A program made the translations under genes and the position numbers. This document shows, piece after piece, positions 9,865-19,688 of a stretch of 43,365 nt of DNA. Source of the stretch: Anaerolineae bacterium (GTDB lineage: Bacteria; Chloroflexota; Anaerolineae; J102); assembly GCA_015485435.1 (NCBI GenBank), contig WFTO01000414.1, positions 1 to 43,365 of the forward strand, read 5' to 3'. Within the stretch, counting starts at the first letter, position 1; each line of letters starts with the position of its first letter. The notes under the pieces are model-generated. The model did not search any database. It saw nothing but the letters and a program-made list of their open reading frames with translations, and was not told the origin of the DNA.

Positions 9865-10920
9865 CTATTCTTTGGATCGCTTGTTGGTTTCCTCGAAAAG
9901 CGCTCGCAACTCGTCGAGCATAATCAATGTCGCCAGATTGTGAACCGCAGTGCCATATTCAAAGGTCTCAGGCCGCCGATAATCGTATCTGGGAGCTGGT
10001 TTCAGGTGGATGCGATCCGCTTTAAGGCCTCGATTCGGCAAGGTGTCCGCCAGCCTATCAAAATCGATCAGGGGAAGGTGATATTGCTCAGCGATTTCTC
10101 TGATAATACGATTATTTCGATTATCTGCGCCCTCTGACCGGTCGGCCTTGGTGATGAGCACTGGCACCACGTCCTGATACATCAGATACCGCACAAGGCG
10201 TTCGTAATTCTCACGAAAAAGGCTGGCTGACCGTCGGTTGTTTGTCCCTAATTGTATCAGCATAATGCTTGGATTATGCAACCAGAGTTCACAGTCCACC
10301 ATATTTACCGCTGGCTCACACATCCCAGCTTTCGTCCATTCGGGATCAAAAACAAACTGCGCCCGCAAACCAATCCTTACCGCTGCGCCATAGCGAGCGA
10401 AGGATCCATGAAAGTAATCAATGGTCCTCTGTAAATAAGCATACTCTCCTAGGTCGTAGGCTCCCAAAAAAGGATCTACGCCATCAAAAATCCTCAAAAA
10501 CTGTGCGCTGGCGATGATACTGTCGCCGAGTTTGGAGAAGGCATGGGGATCGCGCCCAATTTTTTGTCCTCGCAGGAAAATCTCACGGACATTTTCCCTG
10601 GTAATCGCATCCAAAAGGATGAATTCTTCATAAGGGACCCCATTTACAGTTTGCGGCGGCTGCAAGATGGTGACGGGCGTGGGCGAGTTCTCTGGCAGTG
10701 GGGATGGCGATGATGCGATCGTTTGAACGGTGGGGTTAGGGAACGGGGTCGGTGACACTGCTGGTGTGACGGTGGGCGTGAAGGTGCTTGGCGGTGTTAT
10801 CGTGTTAGCAACGTTTCCAGAGGAGGGATCCGACATGCAAGCCGCAAGTGTCCCAACCACAACAGTCAAGGCAACCACAGAAATAACGCGAGATATTGCC
10901 ATGCGGGCCTGTAAACTCAA
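9865..10920 (-). CDS. SGNH/GDSL-like hydrolase lipoprotein with a Pro/Thr-rich linker (paralogue A)
   Basis: Lipobox GTLAAC, then a P/T/S-rich linker. SGNH blocks are present: KLGDSII, LGTNN and DRIHL. The track start at 10920 is TTG, overlapping the upstream stop. An alternative ATG at 10902 gives MAISRV... Confidence 0.7.
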   Translation of the reverse strand: MSLQARMAISRVISVVALTVVVGTLAACMSDPSSGNVANTITPPSTFTPTVTPAVSPTPFPNPTVQTIASSPSPLPENSPTPVTILQPPQTVNGVPYEEFILLDAITRENVREIFLRGQKIGRDPHAFSKLGDSIIASAQFLRIFDGVDPFLGAYDLGEYAYLQRTIDYFHGSFARYGAAVRIGLRAQFVFDPEWTKAGMCEPAVNMVDCELWLHNPSIMLIQLGTNNRRSASLFRENYERLVRYLMYQDVVPVLITKADRSEGADNRNNRIIREIAEQYHLPLIDFDRLADTLPNRGLKADRIHLKPAPRYDYRRPETFEYGTAVHNLATLIMLDELRALFEETNKRSKE

Positions 10921-12026
10921 GGTTCAACCAATACCTGGTGCAATCGATCAAGCATTATCAACGTTGCAAGGTTGTGGACGGTATTGCCGTAGCGAAAAGT
11001 TTGGGGGTCGGTGTAGTCGTTGCTGGGCGCAATGCTTAAGTGAATGCCGTCGGGACCAAGGCCCCGATTGGGGAGCGTGTCAGCAAGTTTATCAAAATCA
11101 AGCAATGGCGCCTGATATTTCTCAGCAATCTTCCTGATTGACAGGTTGTTGCGATTATCCTGGCCCTCAAAGCGATCCGCTTTCGTGAAAAGCACCGGCA
11201 CGATCCCTTGTTCGATCAAATGACGGACGATTTTATCGTAGTTGGTTTCAAAGGTAACCTGCGGTGCATCATCATTCGTGCCCAATAGCACCAACATCAG
11301 GCTGGGATTGTTCAAACGTATCTCACAATCCAATAAGTTTTCACCAGGATTGCACCATGTTTTGTCAGCCCACATGGGATCAAAAACGGACCAGGTATGA
11401 AGCCCTACATGAATGCCTACGCCATAACGATCATAGGAGCCCTGATAATAGTCGATGACGCCTTGTAAAAAGGCGTAATCTCCCAGATTATACGTGCCAA
11501 GATTGGGGTCTTCTTGATCGAAAATGCGCAGAAAATAGGGGTTGGCGATGAGGCTGTCTCCTAATTTGGAAAAGGCTTTTGGATCGCGCCCCATTTTTTG
11601 CCCATCCTCGTAAATTGCCTTGACCCGCTCTTTTACGCTCTCGTTCAACAAAATGAATTCGCTATATGGCACGCCATTCAAGGTCGATGGCGGTGTGGGT
11701 GTGGCTACTACAGGAATCGGAGTGGGAGTCTGTGTGGAGGTTGCTCGCGTCTCTGTTGCTCTTGCTGTTGGCTCTTGAAAAACGGTTGGTGACGCCGCAG
11801 GCGTAAAAGTGGGCGTCTGTGAGGGCCTGGGCGTTGGTGTAAAGGTGGGGGGCACCGGCGTTTCAGTTGGGGTATTCGTTGGCAAAGGAGATGGCGTCTC
11901 GGTAGGAGTGACGGGCGCAGCGGTAGACGTCGACACGGCAGCCGGCACTTGACTGCAAGCCGTCAACAAAAGGATCAAGCCCGTTAAGATGATCGAGATC
12001 AAAAAGGTTTTTTTTGAGACAAGCAT
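10917..12026 (-). CDS. SGNH/GDSL-like hydrolase lipoprotein with a Pro/Thr-rich linker (paralogue B)
   Basis: Signal peptide plus lipobox LLTAC, followed by a P/T-rich linker of about 100 aa. SGNH blocks are present: KLGDSLI, LGTND and DGIHL. It is collinear with paralogue A over the catalytic domain. Confidence 0.72.
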   Translation of the reverse strand: MLVSKKTFLISIILTGLILLLTACSQVPAAVSTSTAAPVTPTETPSPLPTNTPTETPVPPTFTPTPRPSQTPTFTPAASPTVFQEPTARATETRATSTQTPTPIPVVATPTPPSTLNGVPYSEFILLNESVKERVKAIYEDGQKMGRDPKAFSKLGDSLIANPYFLRIFDQEDPNLGTYNLGDYAFLQGVIDYYQGSYDRYGVGIHVGLHTWSVFDPMWADKTWCNPGENLLDCEIRLNNPSLMLVLLGTNDDAPQVTFETNYDKIVRHLIEQGIVPVLFTKADRFEGQDNRNNLSIRKIAEKYQAPLLDFDKLADTLPNRGLGPDGIHLSIAPSNDYTDPQTFRYGNTVHNLATLIMLDRLHQVLVEP

Positions 12027-12247
12027 ACAAGGGTGTCCTTGTTTTTCAGAAAAGATTGGATTATTTTATCATACAAACTGTAGGTGAACGTAAAATCCTC
12101 ATTCCTGGCAACTCGCAAGCCTGCGCTCTCTCACTCTCGCGTCACTACGGCTTTTCCTTCCGCCAGCCTTTTCCGCTCGGAGAAAGCAGCACCTGGCGGG
12201 TTTGAATTCTGTTCGGATTTTTCTTCTCTCAAAAAGGAGTGATCACG

Positions 12248-14161
12248 ATGGCACGCATTACGACCATGGCCGATATCGAGGCTATCGAACAAGTTCCCCT
12301 CGCCGAACGGGATCTGCCAGCAAATACGTATGAAGCCATCCGCAGAGGCGCCGCCCTAAACCCCGATGGCATAGCGCTTCATTTCTTCTTGCAAGGCGAT
12401 ATGTACGACAAGGGGATTTCGTTTACTTACCGCGAATGGTTAGGGGCGTTGCACCAAACAGCCAATATGTTCCATGCCCTGGGTCTGCGCCCTGGCGAAG
12501 TGGTCACAATGATTCTGCCCAATCTGCCGCAAGCGTTTTTAACGATCTTTGGGGGCGAGATCGCTGGAATCGTTGGCCCAATCAACCCGCTTTTGGAGCC
12601 AACAGCGTTTGCAGATATCATGAACGCGGCCAAAAGCAAACTGTTAGTCACGCTAGCTCCATTTCCGGGAGTCGATATTTGGGAAAAAGCCACTTCTGTT
12701 GTTGAGCAGGTACCAACCATTGAAACCATTGTGGTGGTAGATCTGGCGGATTTCGTCCCTGGAATGCCTAAACCTGAACTCCCCGAGGCCATCGCTCAGG
12801 CGCGAGTTGTCGATTTCAACGCCGAAATGAAAAAGCAGCCGCCCGATCGTCTCATCTTCGAACGCACGATCCAACCTGAAGATATCGCTTCGTATTTCCA
12901 TACCGGCGGCACAACGGGCGCTCCTAAAATCGCCCAGCACACCCACCGCAATGAAGTGTTTGATGCATGGTCGCCAGGCATTGTGCTTGAAGTGGGACCG
13001 GGCCAGGTGTTCATGTGCGGCCTTCCTCTCTATCATGTCAATGCTGTCATCGTGACAGGGTTAATCCCATGGATGTTTGGTGCGACAGTGGTGTTAGCCA
13101 CCCCCATGGGGTATCGAGACAAAACGCTATTCCCCAATTTCTGGAAAATCGTCGAACATTACAAAGTGACTTTCTTCAGTGGCGTCCCCACGGTGTATGC
13201 AGGGCTTCTGCATGTCCCCCTTGGTGATAGCGACGTCAGCTCCCTTCGCTATGCCATCTGCGGTGCGGCTCCGATGCCGGTTGAAGTCTTCAAAGAGTTC
13301 GAACGACGCACTGGCATCCGCATCCTCGAAGGTTATGGTTTAACCGAGGGCACATGCGTAAGCTCGGTCAATCCACCACATGGCGAACGTCGTATCGGTT
13401 CGATTGGCTTCCGAATCCCATATCAGGAAATGGTTATCGCCAAGGTTCATGATGATGGTACGGGGGAATTGCTTCCACCAAATGAGATAGGAGCGGTGCT
13501 CATTCGCGGGGAGAACGTTTTTCCTGGATACCTGGAATCGATTCATAACAAAGATATTTGGGTCGACCTGGGAGATGGTGGCCCCCGCTGGTTAAATACA
13601 GGGGATCTGGGCCGCATGGATGAGAATGGATATTTCTGGTTGACTGGACGCAAGAAGGAACTCATCATTCGCGGCGGCCATAATATTGACCCCAAACTCA
13701 TCGAAGACCCCATGCACCGACATCCAGCGGTGGCGTTGGCGGCGGCAGTAGGTCGGCCAGACCCTCGTGTGGGTGAAGTTCCCGTGGTCTATGTGCAACT
13801 GAAGCCAGGGGCGCAAACTACGGTAGAGGAACTCTTGCTATTTGCACAGGAGCATATTCCCGAACGTGCTGCCGTGCCCAAACACGTCTACATTATCGAC
13901 CAAATGCCAGTGACTGCCGTTGGAAAGATCTTCAAACCTGCGCTGGTGCGAAAGCAAATCGAGGATGTGCTCACTGCCGCGCTGAATGCGTTAGAAGAGG
14001 TAGAGGAAGCCCTGGTTCAGGCAGTTCCAAGCAAACTCTATGGCACCCAGGTAAACGTTCAAGTCACGCTGAAGGAGGGGGTGACCATCTCCTCCGGAGA
14101 GGAAGCTGTTCAGACCGTGCTCGGTCTCTATGCGTTTCATTACGACATCTCAATATCGTAG
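12248..14161 (+). CDS. AMP-dependent acyl-CoA synthetase/ligase
   Basis: AMP-binding motif YFHTGGTTGAPK, then GYGLTEG and TGDLGRMDENGYFWLTGRKKELI. AGGAG lies 8 nt upstream of the ATG at 12248. The track start at 12239 is GTG. Confidence 0.88.
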   Translation: MARITTMADIEAIEQVPLAERDLPANTYEAIRRGAALNPDGIALHFFLQGDMYDKGISFTYREWLGALHQTANMFHALGLRPGEVVTMILPNLPQAFLTIFGGEIAGIVGPINPLLEPTAFADIMNAAKSKLLVTLAPFPGVDIWEKATSVVEQVPTIETIVVVDLADFVPGMPKPELPEAIAQARVVDFNAEMKKQPPDRLIFERTIQPEDIASYFHTGGTTGAPKIAQHTHRNEVFDAWSPGIVLEVGPGQVFMCGLPLYHVNAVIVTGLIPWMFGATVVLATPMGYRDKTLFPNFWKIVEHYKVTFFSGVPTVYAGLLHVPLGDSDVSSLRYAICGAAPMPVEVFKEFERRTGIRILEGYGLTEGTCVSSVNPPHGERRIGSIGFRIPYQEMVIAKVHDDGTGELLPPNEIGAVLIRGENVFPGYLESIHNKDIWVDLGDGGPRWLNTGDLGRMDENGYFWLTGRKKELIIRGGHNIDPKLIEDPMHRHPAVALAAAVGRPDPRVGEVPVVYVQLKPGAQTTVEELLLFAQEHIPERAAVPKHVYIIDQMPVTAVGKIFKPALVRKQIEDVLTAALNALEEVEEALVQAVPSKLYGTQVNVQVTLKEGVTISSGEEAVQTVLGLYAFHYDISIS

Positions 14162-14175
14162 CCAAACCCTAATTT

Positions 14176-14227
14176 AGAGATTAGAGATTCAGCAGGGCAA
14201 TGGCGCCTCGCAGAATCTCTAATCTCT
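14176..14227. repeat. perfect 15-bp inverted repeat between convergent genes
   Basis: AGAGATTAGAGATTC (14176-14190) and GAATCTCTAATCTCT (14213-14227), separated by a 22-nt spacer. Each arm is itself a tandem AGAGATT heptad. There is no flanking U-tract on either strand. Confidence 0.6.
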
Positions 14228-14228
14228 C

Positions 14229-16208
14229 CTATGGCTTTATCACGGCAGTTAGTGCCGGGTGATCGGAGGGGCCAGAGGGATAATAGCGTGCGTCGAGCAC
14301 AGTCAAGTCCTCAGACACAAAAATGTGGTCAATCTTGGCGTCAGGGTGATGACCTAGGTCATCTTCCCAATTGGGCCAGCGTTTCGTCCAGGCGTCTCGC
14401 AGAAATTGGGTTGTCAGTGCATATTGGGGGCTATCGGGACGAAAATTAAAGTCTCCCAAGGCCACAATACGTGATGATCCCGCCATCAGCTGCAAGAATT
14501 GCTGTTGTTGGATCATGGGGCCGCCATTTCCCAGGTGCGTCACAAACACTTGCAAGGGCTTGCCATCCATGTCAACCACAGCGCTAATGACGGCGACTTG
14601 CTCTCCTTCGCTGTATAAGTAAAAGGTTTCGGGTTCACGAATGGGATATCGAGAGAGCAGGGCAATTCCAAAGGTGCCTGCGGTTGTCTTTGGCCCGTAA
14701 TAGCTAAACATTTCTAGTTGATTGGCAAAATAACGCACGATATCATCATTGCCATTGGCGATTCGCGCCGCGTCACTCTCTTGCAAGCCGATGATATCGG
14801 GGTCAATTGCACGGATTTGGGCCAGTTGACCGGCATAATTTTTTTGTCCATCCTCGTTTTAACCTTGCTGAATATTGTAAGTGAGGAATGTAACATGATC
14901 TTGACGCGCGGGCATAGTGGAATTGGGGGTCAACCAGCTTGCGCCCAAAAAGATGACCACGGTCAACAGCAGCATTACCACCATATAGCCCCTTGGCGCA
15001 GCCTGAGATGAACGAGCAAGGGGCCGCCACGTCGCCAAAATCCCCACCAACACTACCACTACCACGAACCCATAAACCTCAGCGAACGCATTCCTGAAAA
15101 AGGGTCCGATTACCGGGATGTAATCATAAACCGTTGTAAACACGTGTCCCAAAATCGCCAGCAATAAAAATAGTGAAGCGATAGTAAATGCGCCACCCAA
15201 TTGGCTCATGCGAGGCCGCGCGACTTCGAGCGATTCTAACAATCGATAGACATCTACAAAAAGCACAGGAGAAAGAATGAGCATGAGCGCCAACGAAGCC
15301 AGCGCCCACAGCATTTGCCATATAGAATCATAGGGAACAGCAGAGATGGGGTAGGCGGTTGGAGAGAGGGGGAAATGGGGTTGATTTATGGCGATTGTCC
15401 AATACAAAGCCAATCCAAAACCTGCATTCCAGGCCAAAAGCAATACCTTTCGCATATACAGCAAGCCTGTTTTTCGATGGATACTCAACAAAAACATAAA
15501 CCATGCAACGAGCAGCACCCACAAAATCATCTGGCCTGACATCCCCGTCCAACGAGATATTACATAAGGAGCAGAGAACGAAAAATACATCAAAACCCAT
15601 ACGGCAACAAGCCCCATCATCAATGCCAGGATAACAACGAAGCTGGATGGTTTATCCTCGATCGTTTGAGGATGGCCATTCAAATACCTTTCCCGTTCTT
15701 GATACCACAACCACATGCCACTCATTGCCATGCCCCACCCTAATACTTGTCCCCAACCTAACACACTGATATCGACTCCGGAACCCCAAACCCGGAACAA
15801 GATCGAGACAGCCACCCCAAACATAACCCCTAACATCACCACGCGGGGGCCATTCGACTTTCGTTGATGGGCCTCATGCCACCAAAGCATCGGGAAGAGG
15901 AGCAACCAGGCAGACACCCCAATTCCAGAAACCATCATTCGCCATCTCGTATCCAGCGCGGGCTCCAACATCCGAGACAACCACAATACTCCGACTAAAA
16001 ACGACATCGTCGGACGGCCAGGAGAACGTATCAACAATAACATGATAGGGGAGAAAAACAACACCACTGTTGCCAGCTCCGGGGGAATGCTCGTCCCCAG
16101 GAGCCCAAATGCGTATATCGCTGCGATAAAATCGGTGAGCAATTGTATAAACACCAAGAACAGCAATCCATAAAAAAAGATGGAACGCATATTTCTCATG
16201 TCAAACAA
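14229..16208 (-). pseudogene. polytopic membrane domain fused to an endonuclease/exonuclease/phosphatase (EEP) domain, interrupted by an in-frame TAA
   Basis: The track ORFs 14859-16208 (449 aa, about 12 TM helices) and 14229-14786 (185 aa) are in the same frame, since 16208-14786=1422. The reading is ...TFLTYNIQQG-TAA-NEDGQKNYAGQLAQIRAIDPDIIGLQESDAAR... The stop lies at 14859-14861. The EEP motifs YNI, LQE, GDFN and SDHP are spread across both pieces. Confidence 0.7.
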
Positions 16209-16369
16209 CCTCTCAAATGGTAGTTGGAACCGCGCAGAATCGAATCAAGCGCCTAGATAATGTAGCAACAACACAAAGCTCGAAGGCGCCATGGAGCAAA
16301 GAGTGTCGTTCAAGAAAGTCTCATCTCGTTGATAAACTACAATCTTGGACCTCGAACGACTCCCATTCG

Positions 16370-16378
16370 TGCTATAAT
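16370..16378 (+). promoter_or_regulatory. extended -10 promoter element (TGcTATAAT) for uvrC
   Basis: TG at 16370-16371 and TATAAT at 16373-16378. The last T is 7 nt from the A of the uvrC ATG at 16385, which implies a leaderless transcript. Confidence 0.4.
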
Positions 16379-16384
16379 TCTACC

Positions 16385-18256
16385 ATGCCTAACCAAGAGA
16401 TTTCTCCAGATTTGCAAGCCAAACTAAATACCCTTCCCACAAAACCTGGATGTTATCTCTTTCGCGATGCCCAGAATCGGATCATTTATGTGGGGAAGGC
16501 CGTCAATTTACGGAATCGGGTGCGCACTTACTTCCAATCGTATCGCTCTCACAGTGCAAAAACGCGACGGTTGGTTGCTTCGATTCATGATGTGGAATGG
16601 GTCGTCACCGATACCGAATTAGAAGCGCTAATATTAGAAAACGAACTGATTAAACGCTTTCGTCCCCGGTTTAACATCCGTTTAAAAGATGATAAACAAT
16701 ATCCTTACATCAAGGTTCACTGGCAAGACGACTTTCCTAAAGTCTCCGTGGTGCGGAGGATGCTCCCCGATGGCGCCCGTTATTATGGCCCATTCACCAG
16801 CGCGCATGCAGTTCGTCAAACCCTGGAGGCTTTGCGCAAAGTCTTTCCCTACCTCGACTGCAACCGTGATATCACGGGCACAGATCAACGCGCATGTCTT
16901 TATTATGATATCAAACGCTGTGCGGGACCTTGCATCGGCGCAGTTAGCAAGGAAACTTATCGAGAGATCGTGGATGGATTGTGTCGTTTCTTGGAAGGAA
17001 AAACAGAAGAAGTACTGGAAGAACTACGTCGGCAGATGATGGTGGCCGCAGAGCGCTTGCAATTTGAACGCGCAGCCATCTACCGTGACCAAATCAGGGC
17101 GGCAGAGCGCATTGTCGAACGGCAGAAAGTTGTATCAGGCCGACAGGAAGACGAGGACGTTATCGCCTTTGCAAGCGAAAAGGATTTAACTTGTACACAA
17201 GTATTTTTCATCCGCCGGGGCAGATTGATCGGGCGTGAAACATTTCTTATGGAAGGCGCAGACCCTGATGAAAGCCAAGAGATATTAAGCTCCTTCATCC
17301 AACAATTTTATGACGAAGCCGCGTATTTGCCCCCGAAGATTTTACTGCCCGTTGAGCTCGATGAGACAGCCATCATTGAACAATGGTTACGAAAGAAACG
17401 AGGGACCAAAGTCGTCTTGAAAGTCCCAAAACGAGGCGCCAAAAAGGCCCTGGTTGATATGGCCGCAGAGAACGCACGTAGCGCCCTGATGGCGATCCGG
17501 GCGGAATGGGAAGCCGACGCCCATCGACATACCGAAGCGATCGCCAATTTGCAAGCGGCTTTGCACTTGCCTTCGCCCCCCCTACGCATTGAATGCGTCG
17601 ATATTTCCACTTTGCAAGGCGCCAATACCGTGGGAAGCATGGTCGTGTTCGTCAGAGGCGTTCCCCGCAAAAGCGATTATCGTCGATTCAAAGTCCACAC
17701 GATCCAGCAAACGGGGCATCCCGATGATTTCGCGGCGATGCGCGAGGTGTTAACTCGTCGCTTTCGACGCGCCCTAGAACCAGATACCGCTTCCAATCCA
17801 CCGGTGGCAACGAACAACACCTGGAGCATATTGCCAGACTTGCTCATTGTAGATGGAGGAAAAGGGCAATTGAATATTGCGGTGGCCGTGTTAAAAGAGT
17901 TAGGGCTTTTTGAGGTTGTGCCTGTCGTCGGTCTCGCCAAACGCGAAGAGCTCCTTTTTCTTCCTGACCAACCGAGGCCAGTTCGACTGCCCAAAGAAAG
18001 TCCCGAAATGTATCTCGTCCAGAGGATACGAGACGAAGCCCACCGATTCGCCATTTCTTACCAACGTCGCTTGCGCGGCAAATCGATGATACGCTCCCGT
18101 CTGGAAGATATTCCAGGTATCGGGATGAAACGTCGGCGGGCATTGCTCAAACACTTCGGTAGCATCGATGCCATTCGCAACGCCAGCATCGACGAGATCG
18201 CGTCCGTTCCTGGCATGACTCGCACCGTGGCGAAACGGGTGAAAGAATTGCTATAA
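16385..18256 (+). CDS. uvrC: excinuclease ABC subunit C
   Basis: Starting at 16385 (MPNQEISPDLQAKLNTLPTKPGCYLFRDAQNRIIYVGKAVNLRNRVRTYF) gives 623 aa and the canonical GIY-YIG N-terminus. A UVR domain, the endonuclease region and a C-terminal (HhH)2 motif (IPGIG...) are present. Confidence 0.95.
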   Translation: MPNQEISPDLQAKLNTLPTKPGCYLFRDAQNRIIYVGKAVNLRNRVRTYFQSYRSHSAKTRRLVASIHDVEWVVTDTELEALILENELIKRFRPRFNIRLKDDKQYPYIKVHWQDDFPKVSVVRRMLPDGARYYGPFTSAHAVRQTLEALRKVFPYLDCNRDITGTDQRACLYYDIKRCAGPCIGAVSKETYREIVDGLCRFLEGKTEEVLEELRRQMMVAAERLQFERAAIYRDQIRAAERIVERQKVVSGRQEDEDVIAFASEKDLTCTQVFFIRRGRLIGRETFLMEGADPDESQEILSSFIQQFYDEAAYLPPKILLPVELDETAIIEQWLRKKRGTKVVLKVPKRGAKKALVDMAAENARSALMAIRAEWEADAHRHTEAIANLQAALHLPSPPLRIECVDISTLQGANTVGSMVVFVRGVPRKSDYRRFKVHTIQQTGHPDDFAAMREVLTRRFRRALEPDTASNPPVATNNTWSILPDLLIVDGGKGQLNIAVAVLKELGLFEVVPVVGLAKREELLFLPDQPRPVRLPKESPEMYLVQRIRDEAHRFAISYQRRLRGKSMIRSRLEDIPGIGMKRRRALLKHFGSIDAIRNASIDEIASVPGMTRTVAKRVKELL

Positions 18257-18360
18257 CTGTGATGATTTTGGTCGCTTCTAGATGAAAAAGTTGCTGCAAT
18301 TTTTTGAATGTTTTATGATGTTTCCATAGAATTCATTGCGGTTTTCTCATCTAGGAGGCG

Positions 18361-19074
18361 ATGATGTCCCACGAATTGGCAAACGCGGTTCTGCCCGCGC
18401 TTTCTGCGATCACCAGTTTCATTTTTACCTTCTTCGTTTTGCGACGCTGGTGGTATGGGAGAAGGCTTTATACCCTCTTTTGGGGATTAGGCATGCTCTT
18501 CTATGCCATTGGCGGAACCATGGAAGCGCTGTATGGCTTCTTTGGCTGGCATCCATTCGTCTTTCGTCTTTGGTACCTTTTCGGGGCGATTTTGGTTGCA
18601 GCCTGGCTGGGACAGGGCACAGTGTTTCTGCTGGTGCGCAAGAGGTGGGCTTATTGGCTATTTTATTTATTGTTTATCGGTTCGCTTTATGCCGCCTATC
18701 GCGTCTTCACTGCCTCCTTAGACCCCACACTGATGATTTCTGGCGAGTTAAGCGGCCATGCCATTGTGACCCCCGGAGTTCGGATTCTTACGCCCTTTTT
18801 TAACCTATACGGCGTTATCACCCTGGTTGGCGGCGCTATTTATTCCGCATGGATATTTTGGCGTAAGCGCGTGTTGCTCCACCGCGTGATCGGCAATATC
18901 TTCATTGCCGTAGGCGCTTTAATGCCAGCTTTTGGCGGTGCATTCCAGCGTTTTGGCGTGCCTTACACCCTTTATGTTGGGGAATTGCTCGGCGCCATCT
19001 TGATGTTTATCGGTTTCATGTACGCCACACAAATGATCACCATGGGATTGAAAGAAGCAAGGCAACCGGCTTAA
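18361..19074 (+). CDS. polytopic integral membrane protein, unknown function
   Basis: 237 aa with about 7 hydrophobic helices, rich in W/Y/F. A GGAGG Shine-Dalgarno sequence lies upstream. I recognise no family. Confidence 0.6.
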   Translation: MMSHELANAVLPALSAITSFIFTFFVLRRWWYGRRLYTLFWGLGMLFYAIGGTMEALYGFFGWHPFVFRLWYLFGAILVAAWLGQGTVFLLVRKRWAYWLFYLLFIGSLYAAYRVFTASLDPTLMISGELSGHAIVTPGVRILTPFFNLYGVITLVGGAIYSAWIFWRKRVLLHRVIGNIFIAVGALMPAFGGAFQRFGVPYTLYVGELLGAILMFIGFMYATQMITMGLKEARQPA

Positions 19075-19102
19075 TATCGCGCATGATGTGCTCGATATGT
19101 GT

Positions 19103-19134
19103 AAAAAAGACCTCCAGGTTGTAACTGGAGGTCT
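19103..19134 (-). terminator. intrinsic terminator of ndk (hairpin shared with the convergent membrane protein gene)
   Basis: Perfect 10-bp stem, AGACCTCCAG (19108-19117) pairing with CTGGAGGTCT (19125-19134), with a 7-nt loop. The minus-strand transcript continues into UUUUUU (plus-strand AAAAAA at 19103-19108). Confidence 0.75.
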
Positions 19135-19159
19135 TTGCATTGGCGCCTTGGTCACAAGA

Positions 19160-19606
19160 CTATTCGAAAATCCATCGATCTGTGTCGCGAGACCAACCGG
19201 GAATCTCATCGCCAAACCACAACTCGATCTCAAAGGCAGCGGTTTCAGGCCCGTCGGAGCCATGCACCAGATTGCGTCCAATTTCTATGCCGAAATCGGC
19301 GCGAATTGTGCCTGGAGCAGCTTCTGCAGGATTGGTCGCGCCCATGGTGCTCCGGGCAACTTTAATCGCATTCGTGCCTTCCAAAACCATCGCCACAACG
19401 GGCCCTGAAGTAATATACTCGATAAGACCATCATAAAATGGCCGCCCTTTGTGTACGGCATAATGTTTCTCGGCCAACTCTCGAGAGACATGCACAAATT
19501 TCATCTCCACGATTTTCAACCCGCGTCGTTCGAATCGCGCAATAATTTCTCCGATCAAGCCTCGTTGTACGCCATCTGGCTTAATCATAACGAAGGTCCG
19601 TTCCAT
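19160..19606 (-). CDS. ndk: nucleoside-diphosphate kinase
   Basis: 148 aa. [22 protein letters not shown]..., with the catalytic-His region NLVHGSD. Confidence 0.97.
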   Translation of the reverse strand: MERTFVMIKPDGVQRGLIGEIIARFERRGLKIVEMKFVHVSRELAEKHYAVHKGRPFYDGLIEYITSGPVVAMVLEGTNAIKVARSTMGATNPAEAAPGTIRADFGIEIGRNLVHGSDGPETAAFEIELWFGDEIPGWSRDTDRWIFE

Positions 19607-19688
19607 GTTTATCGATCTCCTTTAGGAAAAAATTTTTGTTTTGAATGATTCCATTTTGCCACAACCAAGCCTTATTTCCCCAGTTTTA

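Noticed and set aside
14786-14861. A frameshift as the cause of the split EEP gene.
   Set aside because: Frame arithmetic and direct translation show that both pieces are in the same frame, separated by a single TAA. It is therefore a nonsense codon, not an indel.
16217-16384. The upstream extension of uvrC given by the track (start at 16217).
   Set aside because: The 56 extra residues have no UvrC counterpart. The GIY-YIG N-terminus aligns from the ATG at 16385, which is preceded by a TGnTATAAT element.
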